From Tubulanus polymorphus (Eukaryota; Animalia; Nemertea), in the NCBI RefSeq assembly GCF_964204645.1, contig NC_134031.1, positions 18,979,910 through 19,043,909 of the forward strand: DNA of 64,000 bases, in the 5' to 3' direction. The notes beneath the pieces were generated by a model. That model had not been told where the DNA came from, made no database searches, and worked only from the letters and a program-made list of their open reading frames with translations. The translations under genes were made by a program, and so were the position numbers. Positions within the stretch are counted from its first letter, which is position 1. Each line of letters begins with the position of its first letter. Positions 43,801 through 56,600 of the stretch are shown in pieces.

Positions 43801-46800
43801 CAACTAAAATAATTGGTGCATAATGCTTAATATTGCCTTTTGAGACATAAAAGTACCCTGTTGGGACGTGACAAGTTCTTCCAAATATTGGCCTTTGCTT
43901 CTGCAACTGATTACATTAGAAATGAACTAATCTCAACGCGCTCTAAGGGTCAAATTCAACCGAGAAATGCGACATCGGAGCCCGAGCCGTCAATTTTACC
44001 GGGTTATTTTTCAACAATTCTTTCGTTTTCGCGTCTCTTTTCTTCCACATGGTCAAAACACGGAATCGTTGCATACACTGATGGTCGGTTCTTCCAGGCA
44101 TGTAGTTCGAGATAGTAGCCCAGCGACCTGAAAAAGAAAATCAGCCGGTCTTACATCGTGCTGTACCAATACAGTAGACTACGCTTGCTTCGGAACCGAT
44201 TGTCTCTGGTGCATGACAAACAGTTAAGATATTCCTACGTCATGGTTCCCACAGTTATATGAATTCAAAATTCCCAAGTTTTTCCTAAGTATTTCATGGG
44301 TGATTTTTCAATTTTCCCAAATGGAAATGAACACATATTGTCATGCTACAGTCAACATTTTAACGGTGACTGGTTGATAAAGGTGATTTTCAAGGGAAAT
44401 TGCTGAAGAACGTTGCCCTTGGCAAATGAAATATGTGAAATGTAATGAATTTCCCAAGTATTTCCCTGATTTGAGGAAAATTTTTCAAATTCCCAAATAT
44501 TTCCAAACCGGGAATTACTATTTTAAAATTCCCAAGTTTTTCCCAATTTCTCTGTTCTGTGGCAACCATGCTACAGTTGATCTCTAGAAAGAGAGAGAGA
44601 GAGTGAGTCCAAAATGTTGTGAAAATTTTTGATCAAACAGATTGTATTTTCTAATGTTTTGAATTGGTATATAGCGGGTTTTAATTCTCTACATCCATGT
44701 GAAAGTTTTCCATTATTCCTACTCCTAATTCACGTGATCCCAACTGCGTTGATCTCTCTCACAAGAGTTCTAGCAAAATATTTCAACGAACGAAGACTAG
44801 GTGCAGTTCATACCAACCTCCGGGGAATTGAATGGCTAAACTCAGCAATTTATGGTCCTCGGCGTACGTCCAAGCATCTCTTTTAATTCCACGAATCAGA
44901 GAATTCTCATATCTATAGTAATCATCATAAAATATTTCACATTTACCAAAAATTGCAGAATCATTTCCGAGAAACAATATTCAACTTATGAAAACTTTGA
45001 GAAAACTGGTTTTCACAGTATCGTGGTTACCTTTCAGCGCACTGGATAGGACTGCGTCCTGGAATCTGACTAGAAATCAGTTTCCAATCCAAACGGTCAC
45101 CGCATTTCTCGATTACTTCGCGCAGTAACTTTAAAAACAAATTAACACTGCATTATTTATTCTCTCAGAACCGCAATTGAACAGCAGACTGTGTGTCAGA
45201 AATGAGGAGATACTACTGAATGCTGCGGGGCGGTATCTGCGAGTAATAAACGTTAGACTCTAGGAAGCCAGGTCATGGTTTCGAACATTACTGTAGTGTC
45301 CTCGGGCAAGTAGGTACCTATCCCAATTGTCTCTCTCCACCCGAGAATAAGTGGATAACTGTCCTCATGGATGACTCTTGAGCGCTTAGTAGCTGCTCTG
45401 ATTTTACTTCTCCCCAGGGAGAGATGATTGATACATGGTTAGCATTAGATTTGGGGGTAATAATACAGCAATTCAATGGAAAGCGTCTTTGAACATTCTA
45501 TCGGTGGAAAGGGTGCTACAACTTCACTATAAACTACGAATGAAAATTGATACCTGATCTTCATGCGGAGACCACCGATTATGTTTCATTACGGGGTTTA
45601 ATTTTTGCCAGCGACCACGACATTGATTCGGACTCCTGCCTTCGATGTAATACGAGACTACAACATAACAACAGATATTCAAATAACAACGGGCATTTTG
45701 TTCAAATTAAAAGAATGTCAAGCACCTTCAAAAGTATTTTCCATTTTGAAGGAGGTTTTAAGGAATCAAGGAGTCATGGGGCCACTGTCTAATAGGTGAA
45801 CTTGAATCATACAACATACCTTGTCTCCAGATAACCTCACTTCCAATCGTACACATGTCAACAACTTCAGTAAGAATTTTATCTTCAGCAGCGCTCCATT
45901 CTCTTAAAAAAAAAAACAGCAAAAAAATTTAAATCAAAATATCTTGCAGCAAACCGAAGAAACATTGATGAAATGCTCTGAGCCCATGTTGTAACAAAAT
46001 CTCACAATTGAATGAAAAATAAGGTTGGAAATGTTCCTTTGAGCTAGTAGTTCTTATTCAAGCAGTAATGTTTGACATACCTCACAGGAATTTCGCGTAG
46101 ATTCGATTGGAACCTTTGTAAACATTGTAACGCTGTGCGGTTGGTCTGAAAGAAATGAAATCATCAGAAACTCATGAGACATTAGCCATTAGATTATGAG
46201 ACAGGGCAACTGAATTGTAGACTATATATCAGGATGGCCACTTTCTGGCAATTAACAAATTCCCTAAGTTTTCCATCTTATAACATAATTTCCTGAGCAA
46301 ATCCGAGGAAAATCTTGGTTGATAATGTTAAAGTTTATTCATTCTTTATGAATTTTTTCCATTTTTCCAGGTTTTCTTTGCATACGTTTGTCAAATTCCC
46401 TGATGTTTGCAGGTTTTGCAGGTAAGCAGCCAACACTGTTGGCTTATTACTCTGTAATCTAACTCACTGTCCCTCTGAACTATTGTAAATTTCATATTTT
46501 TGAATCAAATAATATATCATTGAAGACTGAAATAAATTATACAAACTAACTCCAAGTTCTGATGCAATTCGGTCCCAGCTTCGGTAATCGTATATTCTAA
46601 TCAAAGATCGTAACTTTGTATCCTCTTCTCTCGTCCAGACGCCGTGGTTGATTGCCGGGTGAAGCAGATTCTTCCATGACAACTCGAGACTCACGTCACT
46701 TGTCGCCTTATCAAACTGCGACAAGAAAAAAAAAAATATCAGAAAACATCTTACGAAATCTTGCGCGTTGGAAAGCGATCCACAAAACGATATCTCAAAA

Positions 46801-49800
46801 TGAAATGCACAACATACGTCTTGTACTGATATCTTCATCCAATCGATTTCTTTAATTTCTTCTCGTGGAAGATTCAAAATTTCTTTGCCGCTCATTTGTC
46901 TAAAACCGATCGAAAAATATCTACACAGTCAGAAACGAGTTGAATACTCTACACAAACCAGATTAACTGACTGATACAGCGGAACCTCGTTAATATGAAT
47001 CTTTTAGGCAAAAGTGAAATTGTTGTATTAAACTGGTTTCGTATTTTCTGGATTGATATAAATATGTTAGCTGCAACATGCTGGAAATCATTGTAATAAA
47101 CGGATTTTGTCTTTAGCAGAATCGTATTAATCAGGTTCAACTGTATCTCAACTAAACCTTCACAAAAAATTAGAGTGATTTGACATCAGAAATAGTAGTT
47201 ATATCGAAAACGGACTAGGAAATATTCGCATACTGGGAGTATCTTTTAGATATTTCTTTTCAGGGTACCAGGTAGTTGAGCTCTTAATGAGTAGCCATGA
47301 CAACTCTCAAATAGGAGTTGTAGCCCGGTATTTAGGCTAACTGTGGTTCAACTCGTGATACTTCAGAGCAATAAAGGAAACAGTGAATTCATTTACCGAG
47401 CGGCTGTGATTTTCGCGTTGATATCATCAATGTTTTTACTAATCATTTCTCGTTGATCCGACTTCGGTTCCGCTCGCTCCAGTTTACAGAGTTCATTCTC
47501 TAATCTGCAAAATACAAGCAGTTCTTATACATTTCAGCCATTTCAAGTGTTTTCAAAGTAAATGATAACCATTTAGAAGAGGATACATTATCAAAGATGG
47601 AAACTGTTTAATTTTATGTACTATCTAGCAATCTCAAAAAATACCTATTAGCTTTTTTAAAAATTCCTCGAAATATTCCCGGACTTTTTTAAAGAAAAGA
47701 AAATTCCCGATTTCCGATTAAGTGGCCACCCTGATTATGTTACTCACTTGTTCATTAATGGACGTAGAATTTTTTCGCGCCCCTCGCGTATTACAGCTGT
47801 GTTCAATTTCTTTTTATCAAGATTGGTCCCTGAAATACAACCGTACAAGAACATGAAACCATAACCAATTTCCGTGTTCGCTACAGGGGGCTAAGCGGGC
47901 CTGAGACCGAAGAAAATGTCGACAAAGGATTTTTCTCAAAATTTCATTTCAGTTACATAATTTATCATCAAATCTTGTAAGAATGCCTAGAAATGGCTCC
48001 AGAAGAATCTGAAATTCTTAAACCTTCCCGAATAGACTAAGTTAATATTTCATTTAAAAACTTACAGATTCTGAGTCTTGGAAGGAAAGGCTGTGGTTCG
48101 TCTCGTTGGCGCTTTGTTCGCACGTCCTCATTTTCCGGCGGGTATTGACCGCGTTTTCCTCGGATAAACGGACAATTGAAATTTCCCCATATTTTTTTCT
48201 GTCCCGTCGAACTGACTTTTGCTTCGGCCATCTTTTGAATATTCTTTTCTAGTTCTTCCTGCACGTTGACAATTGAAAAAATGTGCCAAATCATTAAAAA
48301 ATTGATACTTAATGCAGCTATCAATCTGATTACACCAAAATTAAGGTTAATTTTCTTCTAGGGGGATTGAAAACCTTGCTACTTCAGCAGCCACAATGGG
48401 ACACAGTTAACAATGAGCGGAACCCCTTAAAACTCCAGGATATGGTTAACACTGTACTTCACAGGATGCAGACAGCAGATTGATACCCAGTTGATCCATT
48501 CCATTTAAATAATTTCCTCGTCAATATAGATACTTACCTGTTTTTCGAGATTTTGAGAAAGCAGATTTTCGATGGATTGTAAATACTCTTCGATCACCTC
48601 CTGATACGCTCTATTTAAGGCTAAACACGTCTCAGGGTCGCAGGGTAGATCTTCACCACCTATCTCTATATCTATACCGACCATTGAATCGTCCAGCTTC
48701 GAGTCTTCTGCATAGCTTGCCTGCACAATGAGAACAATGGACTAATTGAGTCCTTTTAGAACCACAGTGCAGTTACACGAAAAAATTAAACCTTAAAAAT
48801 GATTCAGATTTCATTATTGTAGATATTTAAAAGATAACGTAACAACTGTTTGTAACTGTATCAAAAATTTAAATCAAACTTTTTCATTCTGTTTAAAATT
48901 GGGACCCGGAGTGTGAGGAAGGGATTACGAGATAAGTTCTTACAGAGAAATTGAAATTCCCTAATATTTCTCTGCTCCTTGACCAAAAATTCCTCAATGG
49001 GAAATTTTTCTTACTCGTCACCTGCAGGAATAATCCCTGATTTTCTCTGTAAAAAACCTGAGGGTCTTATAAAATTTTCACTTACGCGGTCAACAGTAAT
49101 AGCAGTTTGGGCTGAAGTGCTGCCATCTTCACTGAATACATCTACAAACAGAACTAAACACAGAAACAACTTTGAGTTTATAGAAATAAGAATAGAGGGC
49201 GGTTGATGGAACTGACATTGTGACAATTAAAACTGCATAGGGTAGAGTTTCCATAGTCAGATGTGGGGGAAACCCTCGGAAACATTTCATCAGTTATCGC
49301 CATAGTTTCTCATTGTTACTATGGTGGTTATCACCCAGGGGGATCTTTGATACCCAGTTTATGACCACCGCCCGGGAATTTTGATAGTTAATTTGACTTA
49401 AATCAACCACTCAGCAACCGACCACAGCAATTAATGTTTGATCTACAATTTTTCAATTAAAATCTAACCTCGGTCTTTTTCTAAATTATAATCGAAGAGA
49501 AAATATGAACGGATGATATTTTACAAACCATCTTCAGTGCAGGAGCTCGTAGCCAGCGTGACGGCACTTTTTTGAGAATACGCGTCGTCGGTTTCGCTGA
49601 AATACGATGAATCACCACGGACGAATGAAACGGTCGAAAGCGACGGTGTAGACGAGGTATCAGCGACGTGAGGTTTCCGTTCAGACGAAGAACCAGCGAC
49701 GGGAGGTTTATATTCCGATGAAGCACCGGTGAGTCGCGATTGATATTCCGAAGACGCGCTGACTGATGACGATGTAGATTGACTAGCAGACGCTTGATAC

Positions 49801-49985
49801 GATCCAGTGATCGGACATTGTTTTCTTTCCGTTTCGTCGCCTTTCAAAGCTAATTCCAGCAGAGTTATATCATCCTGCATTCGCTCCCTTTCAGTTTGCT
49901 GCGTACTCGCATCTGTACTCGCAGTTCCTTCGCAGCTGGTATCATTGTTTTCAATTTTTCGTATGGTCCATTTGCACGGATCCAT
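37888..49985 (-). CDS. SNAPC4: snRNA-activating protein complex subunit 4 (SNAP190), Myb-repeat protein
   Basis: Multi-exon gene with ATG at 49985. N-terminal CLALNRAYQEVI and YPPENEDVR segments; tandem Myb repeats (W.N.LHPAINHGVWTREED, RTALQCLQRF, WSAAEDKIL, GRSPNQCRGRW, WSPHED, IPGRSPIQC, WTYAEDHKL); PPNVMTLVAFRCLLL and YQLLRKRFLSLFLWPGFLS near the C-terminus. Not every internal boundary was verified. Confidence 0.85.
39340..39770 (-). repeat. Coding 30-bp minisatellite in SNAPC4 (ANSAGTPASS-type 10-aa repeats)
   Basis: Recurrent gagtccctgctgaatttgctgaagatgctg-like units. The translation shows about 12-13 degenerate (S)ANSAGT copies. Confidence 0.85.
45225..45510 (+). mobile_element. SINE-like relic in a SNAPC4 intron
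   Basis: Decayed B box (GGTTTCGAAC) followed by GTGTCCTCGGGCAAG...TTGTCTCTCTCCACCC, which is typical of invertebrate SINE bodies. Confidence 0.45.
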
Positions 49986-50384
49986 TTCAAGGCTGAGGCA
50001 ACCTAAAAATGAGGATAAATAATACAAAAAAAAGCTTTCATTCATTCATTCATAAACAGTAGTAGATAGTAAACTTGTAGCAGATCTATGACATGCATGG
50101 TTCGGTTGTAGTTACAGTACCTCAAGAGGCTGAAGGTTTAAACAACAATACCTAACAGTTTATGAGTTGACGAGATTATTTTTCACTCCTGGACCAAAAA
50201 CGATGTCACTCAGTCCATCATCAACACAAGACAATAAATTATTTGGAGATTGGATTGAATTTGGAGTTGAATTGAAATTCGGACAGAGGGAAAGAAAATT
50301 GTTTTTCGCGGTGAAATGCAAGAAAATGGAATTTTGTTTAAGTTTCTCGCGAATGCGAATAGAGATCTAATAAACCTATAATTA

Positions 50385-50697
50385 CCTGCACTGATATTGA
50401 TAAGTGACAAGCTGCGGTAAGCCGCTAATCATCAGCGTCTTATACCAGACACTGTCACTGCCATACGTTCTATGCGCGAACCCGCGCTGATTTACATCGT
50501 CCGGTGGCGCCGCCTCGCGACATAAATTACAAACCGTCCGGTGGCGCCGCCGAGTGAGATAACCGCGAACCAACCCGGAAATCAATACATCGGAAGAGAA
50601 GTACCCGGATAATGACATCAGCCTAAATTATTCTCCATTTTACGGATTTTCTTTCTAAATTTACACGTTTTCAGGGCTGTTAATATACGACAACGAT
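50385..50697. promoter_or_regulatory. Bidirectional promoter between SNAPC4 (-) and VAMP (+)
   Basis: CpG-rich stretch of about 300 bp between a minus-strand donor at ~50385 and a plus-strand donor at 50698. CCGGTGGCGCCGCC occurs twice (~50501 and ~50538). Confidence 0.65.
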
Positions 50698-53600
50698 GTA
50701 AGTAACTGCGCTCAAGGTTTTAAACTACCCCCTGAATCGAAAAAACTATCATAAATCGTCGTTCGATCGTCAGATTTCACTGGAAACCGACGTGAAAATG
50801 TTGACGTGAAATGATGATTCACTGAAAATTTGACATTTCTCGTATCTCGTAATGTTCAGGCCTCACACATCCACATCGAGATATCTCGATGTGGAATCGA
50901 CTGATTTCATTTGTTTTTTGACCGTGTGTTTAACCAACCCATTACACTGCCTGATCTGAATTATCTGAATTAGCATTTTATGAGCAGTATTTTGGCTTTT
51001 TTGCTCGAGAGCAAATTTATGAGGGCGGTCTGCTGGCTGGGTGGGATAGGGGGTGGGCATGATGTTTAGGGATCGAAGGCGTTCTAGGGTATGATTTAGA
51101 TAATGATTACATCTGATTCTAGTTTATGGTGGGCTTGTTTCAGTATTTGAGGAAAACTTAAAAATATTTTTAAGCCGTGCATGAAAAAATAGGCTGGATT
51201 GCAATTGCGTCATATGTATTTCGACAGCTTCAATGAATCAGTTTAAGTAAGATTAGTTGATGATAGATTTATTAGATTTATTTCGGAAATAATCAATTGT
51301 AAAATGTCGCCAGGTCTCAACCACCGACTGGAGCACCACCTCAGGGAGGCCAACCCGGGTAAGTTTTAAAATATCTGTCGTTTTGTGTTACAAGTGATGG
51401 ATATATATATATATATGTACATACGCAGTGTGCCAGTTTTAATTTCCTTTGTTAAGGTATGATTACCCAATTCCTAACAGGAAACTAAATAGATTTCTGC
51501 TTAAGACGTTTTTATTATTTCATGCATGAGGTTTTGTGTGTGTGTGAATAGAACTGCTTTTTTCACAGTTTCCCATGCGTCACTTCCTCACATTTTTTCT
51601 GAGTATAGAATTTACGTTTAGAATTTATGTTCGCCTAAAATAGAATTTTGTGCTTTTCCATTGAAGCGTTGGGTGTCTCAGATTCAGTAAAAACCTTTAG
51701 TAATCGCATGTTGGTTCACTGTTCAGAGTAGAAGGAGGCACTGATGTGTGTATTTCAGATAAGAAAATGTTTGGACTGGGCAAATGGAATTAACGGGACT
51801 CAGGGAAAATCAGGCAATTTCTAGATTCACTTTTCAGAGAATTCTGATTCTTTTCTTGAAAATCAGGGAATTTGAATTTTAAGTACTTGCTCCTGTTGAG
51901 TGGGCACGAGGAATCTCTTGCAAAGAAACGACCCTCACTGAGGATTTATTCCTGGAAATTTTCATCAAGGGTCGGGGAACAATCCGGGGATTCCCTGATC
52001 TGTAATAACCCGAGGGAGATGTTGACTAAGGGTGGCCTAACCGCATGTATCACCATATATGGCTGTATTCTGGTGTGAATGCTTTGGTCTCGCAGCATAA
52101 GGCGCTGTAGTTAATCTTTGACATATTGGTTAATTTGAATAATTAATTATCGCCTATTTAATTAGCTGTTAATGAGCTATTTGTAGCTTCGCAGTAGTAT
52201 ATTCTGTATATGTAGTCAATTATTTATTTAAATGTCTCTGTAGTTGTAATGTAGCTAACCACTGTCAAACATGAATATATTTTACGAGATATTTCTTGTT
52301 TTTTATGTCAGATTTTGTGTATTTCTGAAGGTTCATGATTTATAAAGGATCTCTTATGTCATTGATAAATGTTGGCTGATAAAAATTCTTTTTCAAATTT
52401 GAAATGATCTGTGAATACATTAGTAGATAAGTGTTTAGAGTTAGCCCAGGATGGCTGTGCTGAACTTCCAGTTCATTTTCACTGAGTTTACGGTAATTCA
52501 GAACTGTTGAACTGAGTTCAGTGGATAAACTCAACTATTAGACCGTCCCCAGGAAGAAGTTATTATTACCTATTTAGAAAACTGGCCCCTGCATCCATTT
52601 CCAACATTGAGTTAAAACATTGAAAATGATTTTGAACTAAATAATTAATTCTAGATTCAAACTGAACTGGGAACTGTTTAACTGGGGCCTGAGGCTGGTT
52701 GCATAGTCATGGCTTTGTTCAGTGTGCAGCCAACTTAGTTCTATAGCTGATTCAAAAACTTAACACCAGTCTAAGATCACTTTGGCTCTATTGCCAGTCT
52801 AACAATTTGAGACCAGTCTTAAGATTTAAGACCACTTCTGGACTTAAGCCACAGTTATGCAACCAGCCCTTGGGTTTTAAGAATCGTGGAATCTTAGGGC
52901 CTACCTGAAATGAAATGCAACATAATCAAAGACAATTTCAAGGTTTTCCACTTTGTCTGATGTAAACGATTTTACTGTTTCTATTCAGGGCGACCGATGA
53001 GTAAGTAATAATAGTAGCATCATTTACACACTACTGATCATGCAAAACAGGGATTGAATTCAGATGAAACTTTGAATTCGATCTCTCACCGAGTCCAGTT
53101 CCAGAGTCAAGACTTTAAAAAGTCTAGTTGAGTTGATTTTAATCTCGCCAATCACCTTTAGGACTCTGGATCTGGCGACACTTTTTTACATATACTTTAA
53201 GACATATTTTAATGCATTAAACTTCTTTGATCTTATAATAACATATTTAGAAAGATACGTTTTTATCTGTGTGTCAATTAAATCCTCAGAATTATAGTCG
53301 GCATCTTGTTTGTGTGGAAAAAAATCGATCTAAACTTTAAATTCTTCTATTTTTTGCTCGGTTTCTTGAATTTTCGTAATTATCACGTTTAGGATTTTTA
53401 CATTTTCAATCATCTCAGGTTATAATACATATCTATGCATTATAGAACAGAACATTTTCTTTTATATGTTTGTATTTTCTTCTGGAAATATATCTTTATG
53501 CTTTTGATGTTTTGCATAAGAATTGCGGAAAAAGTGATTTAGAATGTTCGTCCGTCATCATCATGGAATTTAAGTGAAATCACTTTTAATTGCATCAGGA

Positions 53601-56600
53601 AAGATTTTCCATATTTTTAGCACCGATCAAAAGTGTTTTTATCTTTTTCGAATATTTTGCATGTAATCATATAGAAAAACGTGTATAATATTCAAAATTA
53701 GCTTTAGAGATTGTAAAATCCAGATTTAGGGTCTTATTTATGGCGCCAGTTTCAGAGAGAGCTGTGGAAAATAATTTCGGTTATGAACTGGACTGCGATC
53801 AGATTTCGATGTCTAATTTATATGCATTTTGATATTTACAGGTCAGCTCCCGGAGTTCCGCAGGGAGGCAGTAAACGCCTTCAACAAACACAAGCGCAAG
53901 TCGACGAGGTACGAATGATAGACACAATGAAAATTACTGTACACAGTAAACCTCTTCTAACTATGACAAAAACGAAATTTTCTGATTCCCTCGTATTTCT
54001 TTTGTCCTGAGTTCGGCTATGCGAAGTTAACCGTAATTTTCAGGGTTCGATTGATGTGAAAAAATATGAAAAATTGACGAGTGCTTAAAAAAAATATGAT
54101 AAGTTCCGATGTTTAATTAAAAGGATTTGAAAAATATGTAAAATCCTGAATTCATCAACCTGACCGACCCGTGTATTTTTTTTTCTGTAAAAACTACGAA
54201 ATTTCTCTTTAAATTCGTTTTTTCTCGTAGGTTGTGGATATTATGCGGGTAAATGTCGATAAAGTTTTGGAACGTGATCAAAAATTATCAGAATTAGACG
54301 GACGTGCAGGTACGTAAACTGAGTCACAGTGTGTGTGTGTGTGTGTCGCTCATCTCAACCAGCTACTGAAACACATCCAGAAAACATGGCCGCCTTCATA
54401 TTCCTCTCTATGACATCATCAAATCGGGACCACCGGCGTGCGTTTAGTCAAGATAACCCGATCAAAATTCAATCTACTTTTGTCTAGATTCTGTATAAAA
54501 AAAATAGATAATCACTCTCGATAAACTCGGATGGATCTTTAGACTTCATCATAATTCGTGGAATTTGAGAAATTATGGATAGATTTCAATTGAATCTTAG
54601 AACAAATCCGGCATCGTTGTCCTAAAATACACACTAGCGACACCTGGTGGTTCCTAGCTTGTCCCAAGTAGCTTGCAGAGTCCACATTGTCCAGTGATTT
54701 ATGACTCATTAGATTTAGATTTAACTCAGTAATTCAATGATGTCATAGGAATTACATGTGGGCGGCCATCCTGAGCGTTTCTTTATCAGTCTGATTTTAT
54801 TCCGAACCATTTCGGTTCAAAACGATCTTTCTATCCCTCAATCTACAGGTGAATAAGAAATCTTTAAAACACTGGATCCAGTTCCACAATTCTGAGTGAA
54901 GAAACTCGTTGAAATTGATCTAATTTTAACCACAGACTATAGTCCATGTTTTAACGGACTATAGTCCATGTTTAAATGGACTATAGTCCATGTTTTAACG
55001 GACTATATAGTCCATGTTTAAATGGACTATAGTCCATGTTTTAACGGACTATATAGTCCATGTTTTAACGGACTATATATTCCATGTTTTAATGGACTAT
55101 AGTCCATGTTTTAACGGACTATATAGTCCATGTTTTAACGGACTATAGTCCATGTTTTAACGGACTATAGTCCATGTTTTAACGGACTATATTCCATGTT
55201 TTAACGGACTATAGTCCATGTTTTAACGGACTATATAGTCCATGTTTTAACGGACTATAGTCCATGTTTTAACGGACTATAGTCCATGTTTTAACGGACT
55301 ATAGTCCATGTTTTAACGGACTATATAGTCCATGTTTTAACGGACTATAGTCCATGTTTTAACGGACTATATAGTCCATGTTTTAACGGACTATATAGTC
55401 CATGTTTTAATTCATCAGAGTTGTTTGAGTCTCTCAACTGTTGAACTTGGTCTTGATGATAAAATCATGGCTAAAATGCGCAATATTTTCTCGTCGCTGG
55501 AATTAGTTTTTAGTTCGCTGCATGTCGCGGTTTATTCGGGTCCTGTCAGAACTTTACTCTAAGTTGCGAACATTTCTCCATCTTTCTCTTTCGAAAAAAA
55601 AAAAAACACAATCCAGTTTTCGATCCTCGTCAGAATTTTCCGGTGATGGAATTTTTTTTTGCTGTCCGTTTTTTTGTTGAGTGAGATGAGTTTCCGTTTT
55701 TATTTTCTGTACAGATGCTTTACAAGCGGGTGCGTCACAATTTGAGGCGAGCGCCGGAAAACTGAAACGGAAATATTGGTGGAAGAATTGCAAGGTATTT
55801 TGTGTTAACATGCATGTCGTATCCCTCCCGCCTCTCCTCGCGCCTCTCCTCGCGCTCTCACGTGGAACCTCGTTAAAACAAAGTGAACCAGAAAATCTGT
55901 TGTTTCTACTGATTATCCAGTTATGATATTACAATCAAACTTGAAGTATTTAAGTCATTTCTGTCCGGCTTCAAATAGACACTAAGTATTTGGACTATTT
56001 TCAAATATTCTGGCTTGGAACAAAATGCTGAATTTGTCAGTTAGGTCCTTATATCCAAATTTGTTATAACGAATGTTCCACTGTAAATGTATATTCAACT
56101 CCTAGTCATATCTGAAATCAAGAGTTCCACTGGTTGGATTTCTTACATTTGACTCTTAAGCTTCATCGACCATGAACAAAATTTATTAGCTTAAGAGTCC
56201 AATTAAAACATTTAACCAGGAACTGGATTCTGATCCAGTACTGCTGGTACTGACTCGAATACTGATTCAGTTGCGTGGATACTGATTCAGTACTGCAGGT
56301 ACTCACTCAGTACCTCCGTACTCACTGAGTATGGCGGGTACTCACTCAGTAGCATGGGTACTGACTCAGTTCCGTCGGTCTTCAGACCCTAAAAACATCG
56401 AGTTTTAAAACGGCACCGCTTCATTATATATCTTCACTTGCTTAATTTGACAATTGAGTTTTTATACTGGTACAGGTGACCTTGACTCCGTGCATGTCTG
56501 CCCAGGGTTTGCACGTGTTGAACTTGAATAGTCCCAGGGAATATTTTGAAAGTCGTCAGTTAAAACCATGGTTTCTAAATGTTACTATGGTGGATCTCAA

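Noticed and set aside
54934-55410. Palindromic short repeats resembling a CRISPR array
   Set aside because: The units are directly adjacent with no spacers, there are no cas genes, and the context is a eukaryotic intron.
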